This document shows positions 1 through 10,859 of a stretch of DNA of 47,972 nt, in pieces (position 1 is the first letter of the stretch; every line of letters starts with the position of its first letter). Location of the stretch: NCBI GenBank assembly GCA_013115145.1, contig JAAPAO010000244.1, positions 1-47,972 of the forward strand, read 5' to 3'. The notes under the pieces are model-generated. The model searched no databases. It was given only the letters and a program-made list of their open reading frames with translations, and had not been told where the DNA came from. The position numbers and the translations under genes are program-made. This DNA comes from Perkinsus chesapeaki ATCC PRA-425. Taxonomy: Eukaryota; Protista; Perkinsozoa.

Positions 1-120
1 ACTAGTGATACGGAGGAGGAGATATAATAGAAAGGAGTTTGATAGGAAATATGTTACTAGTGATACGGAGGAGTAGGAGATATAATAGAAAGGAGTTTGA
101 TAGGAAATATGTTACTAGTG
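1..120 (+). repeat. 55-58 bp tandem satellite, 2 units plus partial, runs off the window start
   Basis: ACTAGTGATACGGAGGAGGAGATATAATAGAAAGGAGTTTGATAGGAAATATGTT at 1-55, a copy with a 3-nt insertion at 56-113, partial ACTAGTG at 114-120. Confidence 0.95.
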
Positions 121-166
121 AAATAAGAACAGCAAATGTGTACCTACGGACTAACTCAAGTAACAC

Positions 167-1762
167 TTGAGAAGGATCATCATCCTTTCAGATGGATATA
201 GTTTCATTATTATTATATTAAGAAGTGACATTGACGCTACTCTATCGACCATAACCTATCCACATCTCTCTACGCTATGTACCTCTGAACCAATACCAGC
301 CTATATGGCGTCAGCTACTGGTGGAGGCATACGCTTCAAAGATGATTTGGTATTATCTCTACAGGGGAAGAGCCGTCAAGATCTGCTAGCATATAAATCA
401 ATAAGGCTGGTCCTAGCTTGCCTCTCACCTGCTACCGCACTGCTATCGCCTACAGTAGTAATATTGTGGCGCAGTGACGCTATCGACCTTGGTAGTGCTA
501 CACAGTTATTTGCTACTGTTAGAGACCTTTATCCACTTCGGGGTGGTAGAGGCCTGAGGGTAGGATGTGTTATACAGCTGCATCCATCGGGATCGGTGTT
601 CCCTCATAATGACATTATTAATAATGATAATGAATTTAGTAGTGAACTGGTGGTGGACCCAATATGTGGTAAGTGTCTACCAGGTTTAGAAGGAAGGATG
701 CAGTGCTCGACATGTGGGGGTAGGTAGGGTAGATATGAGGGAAATATGGTATGAAATTCAACAATGCTTTATTATTGTGTACCACAACTTGCAATCGTTA
801 TTGTCTTGCCAAAGCTTGAGGATTTTGTAAATGGAATCCTTTATCTTTTCTGGATACAGTATGCACAATCTAAAGCATTTAATGTCACCGGCATGACTTC
901 TTAACCACACCACAAATCTTGTGTAGACACTCTACCAGATACCACCGTTGTGTCCTTAAAATGCTTCACAGCTTGAATCTTCCGCACTGGTCCTCCCTAT
1001 TCGTTCAGGTAGTGGTGCGTTACGTTGCGTATCATGCCATGGTATAGCTAGACTACCTTGTCCGAGCTGTCATGATAGTTCTGGATTAAAGGTAGTATTA
1101 TTATTAGATATAACCAACTTACTTCATCTTAGCTTAAGTTGGTTACAGCTGTTAATAGTAATGATTCCTCAGCTACAGTGAGAGTTACTGAATGCTGTGA
1201 ATGTTGTATTGGAACTGGTGAGGTGTAATCAAAGAGGGGAGGGAGGGATGACCCTACAGTATTTACAGGAGGTCGTCAAGTTAATTATCTCTTAATAATA
1301 ACTTGCCCAAACGTGTGATGATCCACCTCCAAGTCCATTTAGCAACATGAACTTGAAGTAGTATTTCAAACATATGTATTTAATGTTCCTTCTCGTAAGC
1401 ATCTACAACATCTGACTCATCTGCCTAACACTCCTCTGTCTGGTTTGTCAAGCGACTAAGACGCGAGTATCGAAGATTCTTTCAAATTAGTGTGGTATCA
1501 TCCTCGTGGTGTCAAGGTATAGGGGGTTGTGAACGATACCAAGTGTAGTCGTTGAAGGTATAACTTGTAGAAAACGCAAATCAGAACCTTGAACATGCCT
1601 TCTTCCTTCAATCAACGGGATATCTTATGTGGTTGATTATTATTAAGTATTCATTTATTCAGATGTTGTCCTATCTGTATGGGTGTAGCTCAGTTAAGAT
1701 GCCCTGAGTGTATGGGTAAAGGAGATCTACCATGCCAATGTCGAATGAAGTCATTCTTATAA
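167..1762 (+). CDS. Multi-exon protein with DnaJ-type zinc-finger repeats (CxxCxGxG); 5' end uncertain
   Basis: In-frame splice 719/1009 gives CSTCGGSGALRCVSCHG; further exons give CPSCHD, CECCIGTG, CPICMG, CPECMGKG; TAA at 1760-1762; no J-domain HPD motif seen. Confidence 0.7.
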
Positions 1763-2219
1763 TCGTCACCTTGTAGTTGTGTTAAGTAGGTCATTGCCCA
1801 AATCATCAAGTATGATCTTTGGTAATCGAACAACAATTATGCATCCCATGATAGAGTAAATATAAATTTATCGCTCCAGATGAATTGCGGAGAATCGTGC
1901 AATACAACTATATGGACAATTGTGTACAAGTCATTCTCAACATATCCATTGAGTAGCCCCTAGTTCCTAGATGTAGCCCGCAGCCGACGGTGCTAGGGTA
2001 TCTGTTGCTCTTATTAATACTTATATTAGTACCTAACGGCCTTAAAAACACGAACTTTAGTATTAGGAGGCGAGAAAGAGGACTTTGAAACTCCCTTCGA
2101 TTTCCATTTTTTGTTGAATGGATGTATAAGTGATGACCTATGCTGAGCTATAATAGGTCGGACTTGTATACGGAATTGTGATTGGTTGATCCTTCAGTAG
2201 TTGTTGTTGTCCTGCTGTT

Positions 2220-3375
2220 ATGGTAGTATTGCCTACCAATAGATTCCTCTCTACATCGGTATCAACACGTGGTGTGCCAGAGAAGACCTTTTGGGATTGG
2301 TTATTCACTACAGGTCTAGCAATAGGTTCTGTAGTGACTATAGTGGTATTGGGAATCTATGCTATATACTATTACTGTGGTTGGCAATATTATGTTGATG
2401 AGTATCTCGAAAGGGGATGGAAGGCTGTTAATAAATGCCATTGGTGCTCCTGTGGTCAGGGATGGTGTACCAGAAGTAGACAGATAAGTGATGAGCATTC
2501 ACAGGTGGTTTATAGTGGCCCTACTGAGCTGTAGAGTTTATTGGTCTATCAGGCAACCTCCTCACCGCCTGCTACTGCATCATACCAGGAATGCAGTCCA
2601 CTTGATGACCAAGCATCTAGCAGCAACAGCCATGCCCGGGAGGAAGAGGCGGATATGGTAAGCGAAGAACTGTAAGACATGGTTGGATAGTTGTCAGTCT
2701 CAAGCTATTGCTGCAGTGCGAAGTGAGCTTATACCATTTGCTGAGGGAAGGTGTGGTCCTGATGCATTCGCATTCATTAATGACGATAAGATTATAGGCG
2801 ATTGTATATCAACGTAGTTGATACCATTGTTATTGTTGTTTAACATATTCAAAGCAAAGGTATAATAATAATCCTAATGCAGCACTTATCGCATTGAGAG
2901 TTTGGCTTGCTTCACAGTATCCGAGGCTCAAAGAGGAAGTGGTAAAGTGGACGGTGGAGCAAGCTGATCCGAGGAACAGTTGTTCTTCACCAAATGATGA
3001 GTCATTATTTTACCTTGAGTTGTCTGATTAGTGTTATATCAGATCACCTTACACGTCGAGACGGCGATCTTCATCATCGCTTCAATTCACACCATTGTCT
3101 AGAAAACTATTTGATGACAAGCGAGCTACACCACTCGGTTTCAGAGCTACACCAGCAGCTACAGCAATAAATGGAGTTAGAGGAAGTATTGAGATACCCG
3201 CGAGAAGGTGACTTACATATCGCTTCAGTTGATTAGTTGTGTGTTTAGAATCTCATTGGACTCGCTGTCTCCCATGAGTGTAGAAGATTCATCTTTTGAT
3301 AACAACATAGAATCTGAGGATAGTATGAGCTGCGCCGTTCGCGCCATTCGACTAGCCTCACTACAATTTGACTAA
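2220..3375 (+). CDS. Multi-exon hypothetical membrane protein
   Basis: Hydrophobic segment GLAIGSVVTIVVLGIYAIYYY, several GT-AG bounded open blocks, last exon ...RLASLQFD* ending 3375. Confidence 0.5.
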
Positions 3376-3520
3376 CAATAATTAAATAAAACAGTGTTGC
3401 CATGTGTCCTCATTATTTGTGGAATAACTAACCGAAATGATTTCCAGATTGGTGAGTGTCTTTTTGGTGATCAATGGAAATTGGTTGTCATGTAACGAAA
3501 AATGTTCAGAGGTTCTCATC

Positions 3521-3593
3521 TCCGATGTAGTCTAGCTGGTTAGGATTCGTGGCTCTCACCCACGCGACCGGGGTTCGAGTCCCCGCATCGGAA
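3521..3593 (+). tRNA. tRNA-Glu (anticodon CTC)
   Basis: Acceptor stem TCCGATG/CATCGGA, anticodon arm CGTGG-CTCTCAC-CCACG, T-loop GGTTCGAGTCC, TTTT just downstream. Confidence 0.97.
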
Positions 3594-3844
3594 GTTTTAC
3601 GCAAACATCAATAGCTATACCATTGGTTTGGAATGCTAGATTAGTTACTATACTAATAGATACTACTTAGACGTATTTGCTAGTGTATAGGATCTATGCC
3701 AATTAGTATTAATAACACTGTGGGTACTGCAGGCTCGCCTTCTGTCTCTTTTGTGTCGACGCTAGTATACGCTAGCAGGTGTACTTACTTGAGGTTTATC
3801 TTTAATAGTTACTCTAAACTCGTTTTATTATCCGCTTTTAACAC

Positions 3845-5101
3845 ATGAGCGACAAGCAAAGCGTTACCGAATGCGTCCTTGGTCGTCCTGATGGGTCCTC
3901 CCATTTCCGCAGTGTAGTGAACTACTGCCTAATAGCAATTGGTGTTGGTATCTTGGCCCTTCCTAAGGCCATTGCTCAGGCTGGTTGGGTTGTGGGTGTG
4001 CTATTACTTCTATTAGCTGCTGGGCTCGCTCAGTATGCTATGGTGTTGTTATACAAGAGTATGCGTATGACAGCTGCCGATGGTACCTTCCCTACTTTCC
4101 AAGCCGTTGGTAAGAACGCTTTCGGCGTGGTTGGTATGGCGTTCGTCTCCTTCGTTGTATACCTTGATTTGGTCTTCGTATGTGCCCTATTGGTTATTCT
4201 AGTAGGGGATGGTATGGAGACTCTTGTTCCTTCCGTTGATACCTTTTGGTGGAAGCTTATCTTCACTTTGGTTATGCTTCCGTTGTCCTGGTTACCAAGC
4301 ATGAAGGAAGTGGCTTTCGTCTCGGCTATTGGTATTTTCGCCACATTGTTGACATGTGTTGCAGTTGTGGCAGCCTCTGCGCGTGAGATTGCCGATCCAG
4401 TATCGGAGAAGATTCATACTGTGTGGCCCCTCTCCCTTATGGACGCGGTTGTGTCTTTGACCAACTTCTTCTTCGCCTTCACTGTTGCACCTGTTATTCC
4501 AACTCTGGTTGTCGATATGAAGAAGCCTGAGGACTTCCCTAAGGTCAGTGGAATCGCCTTGATAGTTATCAGTGTTGCCTTTGCTATCATTGGTTTTGCT
4601 GGTTACCTCGGTTTTGGTACCGACCTTGTTACATACGCCAACATTAGTGAGGCTATCGCTCACGGTAGATCTTCTAGTGACTGGTTGTTGATTATTGTCG
4701 AGGCAGCTATCGAAGTGGTATGCTTCAGTCACTACTTGGTTATGCTTAACCCAGTTAGCATCGCGGTCGAGGATGTTATCAAGGTCGTTAGTAAGAAGCA
4801 AACTGTGGCCTGGTGGTTGAGGATTCTTGCACGATCTATCCTCGTGTTCTTTTGCTTTGCTATTGCTGTGCTGATTCCTGCATTCAGTCAGCTTGTGGAC
4901 CTTATTTCCGCCACCCTATGTGTGTTCCTCCAGTTGCTGTTCCCTGTTGGTTTCTATTGGATCCTAACTAAAAGGAATGGTGGAAAGGGTTACAGTAACA
5001 ACTGGCTCAAGTATGGCGAGTATGCTCTCATGGCATTCTGCGTCCTACTTGGTGTCTTCAGTGGTGTTATTGGTACCTGGTCCGTTATCTCAAGCTGGTG
5101 A
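3845..5101 (+). CDS. AAAP/SLC38-type (Aa_trans) amino-acid transporter, intronless, 418 aa
   Basis: About 11 hydrophobic helices; motifs IGVGILALPKAIAQAGW and FFFAFTVAPVIP typical of the family. Confidence 0.92.
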   Translation: MSDKQSVTECVLGRPDGSSHFRSVVNYCLIAIGVGILALPKAIAQAGWVVGVLLLLLAAGLAQYAMVLLYKSMRMTAADGTFPTFQAVGKNAFGVVGMAFVSFVVYLDLVFVCALLVILVGDGMETLVPSVDTFWWKLIFTLVMLPLSWLPSMKEVAFVSAIGIFATLLTCVAVVAASAREIADPVSEKIHTVWPLSLMDAVVSLTNFFFAFTVAPVIPTLVVDMKKPEDFPKVSGIALIVISVAFAIIGFAGYLGFGTDLVTYANISEAIAHGRSSSDWLLIIVEAAIEVVCFSHYLVMLNPVSIAVEDVIKVVSKKQTVAWWLRILARSILVFFCFAIAVLIPAFSQLVDLISATLCVFLQLLFPVGFYWILTKRNGGKGYSNNWLKYGEYALMAFCVLLGVFSGVIGTWSVISSW

Positions 5102-5833
5102 ATATGCTTCTATCAGCTTTTATCGTTTCATCTAAATGGTGTACGTATTCAGTAATGTATTATCTATTATGTTATTGCACTTCTCTTTTATGGTTGCCAT
5201 GTGGCCAAGGAGATAGTGCCCCTAGTCAACTTGACTGGATGGTTTTGGATCATTCGTGTCAAATCCTGCAAGCTAGTCTCTCCTGCTGATCTCCCCTATT
5301 CTAAGTAGAATATGGTGTATCACAGTAAGTTTTTCCCGGTTACTAAGTTGTATCGTAGTTTTACCCGAGGCAGCTTGCTATTGCAGTACTCCATCCAATG
5401 GAGCTCTTGCGTCAAACTGACCCTTATAAGCAACCATAATGCTTATATAAGAGTCTACATCTTTCATCATATGTTAATCATCTAGTCGAATAGTTCTATC
5501 GTTATTGTCATAAATGTTGTTTACCATTGATCTATCTAATTGTCTGTACTATCAACAAAAGTCGTCCGAATCTCTATGGGGAAATATACCTCCCTGACGA
5601 GGAAAACACACATTATGAAAAAGTACATGTGTTGTTATTATTATTGTTGTTGTCTATGATGATGATGAAGTGGTCTAGTGCTACTATATATTAGCGCATG
5701 TTATATTCCGTTGTCCAATGGAATTGGTATGTTCCTACAATACCTAATTTACCGTTAGTATTGTTTCCTTGTTCATTTCCGTTCCCATGAATGATGAATA
5801 GTTGTTGGTTTTACTCTCAACTAACTGAAAGCT

Positions 5834-7733
5834 TTGGTTGTTAATAATAGTAAATCTAAGGAAAAGATGCGAGTTGATTTCGCTGATGGAAAGGTCAGTC
5901 GCAATAACACAATCTCTGTGTCAACTGTAAAGAAGAAATCTACAGAAAGGCATGTGGGAAGAATGAGTATATCACCTTACGAAGGCTTACAAGACAGAGT
6001 TGGTCTGGAAAAGACAAAGCATAGGAGGCCGAGTGCGCAGGAGCGGCTAGTAGCAGAAGTATCATACTTTAGTAACGGTAATCCTCAATATCAGGAACTT
6101 CCTGAATTGAAATCGGCAAAGAGACGTTCCAGCAATCGTAACGATGGTGGAAAATCCATGCAGGTGGCCGCCTTACAAAAGCAACTCGGTATGAATTGGG
6201 ATGCCCATCATCGCTTCTCAAGTGATTCTTATAGCTTTGGCGACATACAGCTTGGAACTAGCGAAACGGCGCGTGATTCATCTTAATGCTGATATCAATA
6301 AAGCCAATGCTGAAAGATACACCGCCATTAATACCAAGGGTACCGTCGAGGAGAAAAATACAGTAGAGTTGGGAACAAAGAGGGTTTACGAAACTGTTCG
6401 GCCCGATTTTTAGAGCGTCACTGTCGAGCTCCCGAAAGCAAACGGGAAACTGGAAGACAATCTTGATAAAGCTTTACACAAGCTGGGGGGACTATTGACA
6501 GAGAACGATAAAGTGAAAGGAAGAATAACAAAGATAAGGTGGTTTGAGCAAATAGGAATCTATCAAGGCTATTAAATGAATGGTCAGGATGGATAGAAAT
6601 AGTGTTAATCGTAACATTGACGCAATGAAGGAAGAACTTTCAGTGACCAAAAGAAAGCTTATTGAAGTGATGAACGCAGTGGACTCTGGCTCACGAGAAT
6701 CTAGTAACAATACCACTGTAGAGGTGTAATGGTGATGATGAGTGTTAATAGGTAAAACTAAACAGCAAGCACGTTACGTTAGAGCTGAAGTTGAAGCGGA
6801 GCAGGAGGAAAGCATCCGCCTAGTTAACGAGATAAAGGTGACTTTCACAGAGTCAACTGCAAATAAACATTATAGCAGGGCTCTTTTGAGAATGAATTAC
6901 GGATACAAAGGGAATATGAGACATTAAGGAGCCACACAAGATCGTTGTCCCAAGGGGAATCATCATCCTTGTTGGGGACAGGAACACAAGCCAGCACAAA
7001 ACTGATGGTCATATAGCCATATGGAGGAGTCACAGTGAATAGGATGTAGGTGGCGGACGGAGAGGAGACATTCTGTGAGACCACACTACAATGTCGAATA
7101 CTGAAGATATCGTTCCTGAATGCAATACAGAGAAGGCATATACAAGAACAAGTATCGAAAAGAGAGGTTATTGAGAGAGCTTTTGATATGATACAGACAA
7201 GTCATTATTGGACTTAGTATATACACACATAGTAAGTGATAGGTACTGGTATATCTGATGTCGAAGAGATAATAAAAGTGTTTGTGGAGATGGATAAGGA
7301 TAACTACAGCATGTTGAGGTGAGGAGCTGGCAAGATGGGTATAATTAATTATTATTAAAGTTATATAAATAACCTACAAGAACAAATAGGGGAAGCTGAA
7401 GCGAATAATAAACGGCTTAGAGAGCTGATGAATAAATACTTACCATTGATGAATACAACAACACCTACACAACGACCACATAAGAGGGTAAGATACTATT
7501 AAGCTCATCAATAAGAACAACAACCAGCAGGCATCGGTACTGCTTGGCTCGGAAATTGCGAGATCAAGACGAACTGTGCTAGATGGCAATATGGAGTTGC
7601 AGATCCTAATAGACCTCGTAAACCTGAGAATTGATATTTTGAGGCGAATGGGCGAATCCTGTATCAGTTAGCCAACAGGATAGAGCCGAAGGTTGAAAAG
7701 ATGGTGGAGGATCTAGAGAGCTTCGTGAAGTGA
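5834..7733 (+). CDS. Multi-exon coiled-coil hypothetical protein; start uncertain
   Basis: Chain of open blocks with heptad-like E/K/L-rich sequence (e.g. DAMKEELSVTKRKLIEVM), ends ...EDLESFVK* at 7733. Confidence 0.5.
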
Positions 7734-7943
7734 GGAACTACATACAAATACGACGTTCTTATCTATCACAGGTCAGTTAACGGTTCCATCAAGCGTAACG
7801 AAAAACACGTAGTGTTCCCAAATACACTGGAGAGAATCACCGAAGTAAGCTCTCTATTAAACTGCTGAGCACTACTTATACAGTTACTCCTTCTATTCCC
7901 GGACTTCTTACCTTTCAATTGCCCTTTAAGAAGGCCGCCACAG

Positions 7944-9148
7944 TTGTTTGAGGAAGGCCTAGGGATCGATGATTGGTGGGCGCCACTGCCTCGAGCACGA
8001 CAACAGGCTGATGGAGGCAAGCCTGGGAGGAGTCGTACAGTGATGAGATATCTTATAGAACATCATCAAGGTCCATCACCACAACTGAGGCGCCTCCCCA
8101 CACAAACTGGCTTAACTGAATCACATCGGAGAGGGATTGATGGAACTCCCCGAGAGTTACCATCTGCGGCTCATTTGAACGTCGAGTCCGATGATGAAGA
8201 TTTGGAGAGTATTATGGAGGGGTTATCCCACCGCACTTCATTCTCAAGTTGCTCAAGATCGGCCCCTCACACACGATGAACTCCGATATCATGCACTTGA
8301 ATCGGCAGCTGCCAGGAAGAACAGGATCAACACGCGGGGTCGTAACTTCAACTTCGGACGTAAGGCCGCTTGCTTGAGGAGAATTCATAGCGGCTGCTGC
8401 ATATAGGACGGCAAAGTAAGGAAAGTGTAGCAACAACCAGAGTGCATTCGAGAAGGGGACCAACAAACGCAGTAGGTGGTGGAATGGTCAAAGGGAAAGT
8501 TGCTCCTTGAAGGTAAATGTTAAGCGAAGCAAGACCTATGGTGGAATGTCTCCTACGGGAGGAGGGGTGATGCCGCTACGACCAACTCCACCAACTCGCC
8601 CTATAGTAGGAATGGCTCTTCGTGTGGTTGTAATTGATTGGTACAGGCCCGGCATGGCAGGAGACCAAATCGTGTAATGCGGGAAGCAAGTGAGAAGTAC
8701 AGCGATAAAATAGAGGAAGATGGAGGCGAGCTACTTGGAGATGATGATGATGCTACTACCAACCCAATTGCTGAGGTACATCCGCTACATACAGTTCAAT
8801 AGTAATACTTGATAGGAGAATGATACCCGCACTGCAAAGGAACGTGCAGTAGCTGGTATACTTGCAGCTTATCGATCCGGTGAATTGGACCCTATTGCTC
8901 AACGATTTGCAGCAATGAAGAGGAGCTCAACAGAGCCACCTATTGTAAATGGGAAGGATGATAATGCATATCATCATCGGACAAGCAACATCACACTCAT
9001 AGGAATTGATACGATTAGAGGAGGTTTAATAATGGTATTATTGTCTTAGGATGGTGCCTTTGGAGGAAGCTCTTCAGCTTCACCGTTATCCCCTTGCTCC
9101 TTTCAATCTGCTACATCTTCATCCAGTGATATAAACACACATGAGTGA
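7944..9148 (+). CDS. Multi-exon low-complexity hypothetical protein
   Basis: ORF blocks 7944-8279 and 8191-8406, exon ENDTRTAKERAVAGILAAYRSGELD, terminal exon ...DINTHE*. Confidence 0.4.
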
Positions 9149-9233
9149 CTTGACTCAATTAACATGTTCTGTGTTGACTTAATAAACTAAACAGCATAAA
9201 AGAGAAATCAATTTCAAGCAGTTCCTTGCATGG

Positions 9234-10708
9234 TCACGCATTATCAACAAGGAAATCAGAGAGCTCCGACACGCACTTGAATTGTGGTATTCTAGAATGA
9301 CGTTCTGTTATCCACTTATTTGATAACCCTCTATGAACCCTCTGTGGAGGCTCATCATCATCAGCCAGCAGGATAAAGTCAATAACAGCCGCCTCTGATT
9401 GGTCTCTATCAGATTCTGGATAAACTGATAGGCTTCGGTCGGTTAAAGCAATAGCTTCCAGCTCTTCTATTCTATTATTTAAATCAATACTGCCCACCAT
9501 CGAATCACCATCTATAGTAATCGGGGACACTGTGTGTTCACGTACTTCATTATCTTCTGCATTAAATGCTTCATACCGGGAATACCTATTTTTATCAGAG
9601 TATCTCGTGGAGCGTAAAACACTTGTAGTGCCCCCACCACACCTGAGTGAGCTCTCTCCAATAGCAATCAGGCATCCCCTACCAAGATGAGGGGGTTACC
9701 CTGCTGATCTCTGTCGGCCTGAGTCGACTGGTCTGTGGTCTGAATGTACACTGTTCTAGTCGCTCTAATTCCAATTCTCTTCGTCGTTGTTCCAATCGGC
9801 CTTCCCTTTCCTTTATAATCTCCTTGCCTCTATCGTATCTTTTATAATACATACCTCACACCAGCCTCACCAGGCCTACAATGAAGTTGCTCCACAACTC
9901 TTCCTCCGTCCCTTATTCGGTGTAAACTGATAACATGGCTCTGCATTCCGTCGAAGCGCCTCCATTTTCCTAGCCGATATATCCTTCTGTTGCTCCATTC
10001 GTGATAGGAACCTCCTGTAGATGTTCTACATTAACCACTGTTGTATATTACTACTTAACCCTTTCACTCTCGCCCCTATCTTGGTAACTCTTTTCCTTCA
10101 TAGGAGTAGTGTTCATCAAATACGTTAGTTTTGTATTGCCCAGTCCATCTTCATAGCTCCGAGCCCTTGGTCGCCTTTCGCTCAGTACAGGGCGTGTTAG
10201 CATCGATGCCTTCCCTTTCGTCGTCGTCCTGCCCCGCCTTGCCACTTTTCCATCATTCCTTGCACTATTTCCATCGACACCACCACACGGTGTAGTGGGC
10301 ACTCTTCGAGATAGCAGCCTCCTAGGAGTGCATCGTTCTCTGTGCCTTTTGACAGCGCCAATCGTTGGCCCCTCCGAGCTTGGGGTTTGCACTACTCTGA
10401 CAAGCGTTGGAGTATGTATCTCCGCTCGTGAACAAGTTCTACAAAATTTCTGTGGATTTTTGCATCGCCCCTAGGTGGTTCGGTGAAGATATTTTATAGC
10501 TCAATTACTGGCACATATTCCACCGGCCTTATAACAACGTTTGATATTCTATTTTTAGCATCAACTGTTATAACCTGTTTTCCTTATCATCCTTATGCAG
10601 TTCATCTTCTATCATCCCCTTATAACGTAATGGCTCCTTGCAATATTGAGCGGTAGACTGTCTAGAAGTACTCGGTCGAAATCGAATGGGTGGACTGGGA
10701 ATGTTCAT
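9234..10708 (-). CDS. Multi-exon hypothetical protein with CTFRP-type motif
   Basis: ATG at 10708 (MNIPSPPIRF); exons include LEQRRRELELERLEQCTFRPQTSR and CYQFTPNK, resembling xTFxPxI repeats of alveolate proteins. Confidence 0.5.
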
Positions 10709-10859
10709 AAGTACAAAACTGAGCGGTTATTAAAGTCATAACAATTCAACAGCTCAACTATTGATGATGAAAAATGAGTGGCCATACCATCTTTTGCCCG
10801 AATCACCATTATGTGCCGCTATCAGTTAGTCGTCCTTATCCCCCTTGGATGGGAGGAAC

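Noticed and set aside
1544-1557. TGT AGT CGT TGA (CxxU-like) before a splice donor in the Zn-finger gene, suggesting selenocysteine
   Set aside because: An alternative donor near 1517 (TCAAG/GTATAG) gives the same phase into the last exon without using TGA; no SECIS element was recognised
770-1620. Protein-like minus-strand frames inside the Zn-finger gene (possible viral insert)
   Set aside because: The region is largely explained by plus-strand Cys-motif exons that splice in frame; the antisense frames are stop-ridden and show no recognisable motif
5351-5378. Walker A-like AASGKTT
   Set aside because: Preceded by an in-frame stop, lacks the first Gly, and has no Walker B downstream
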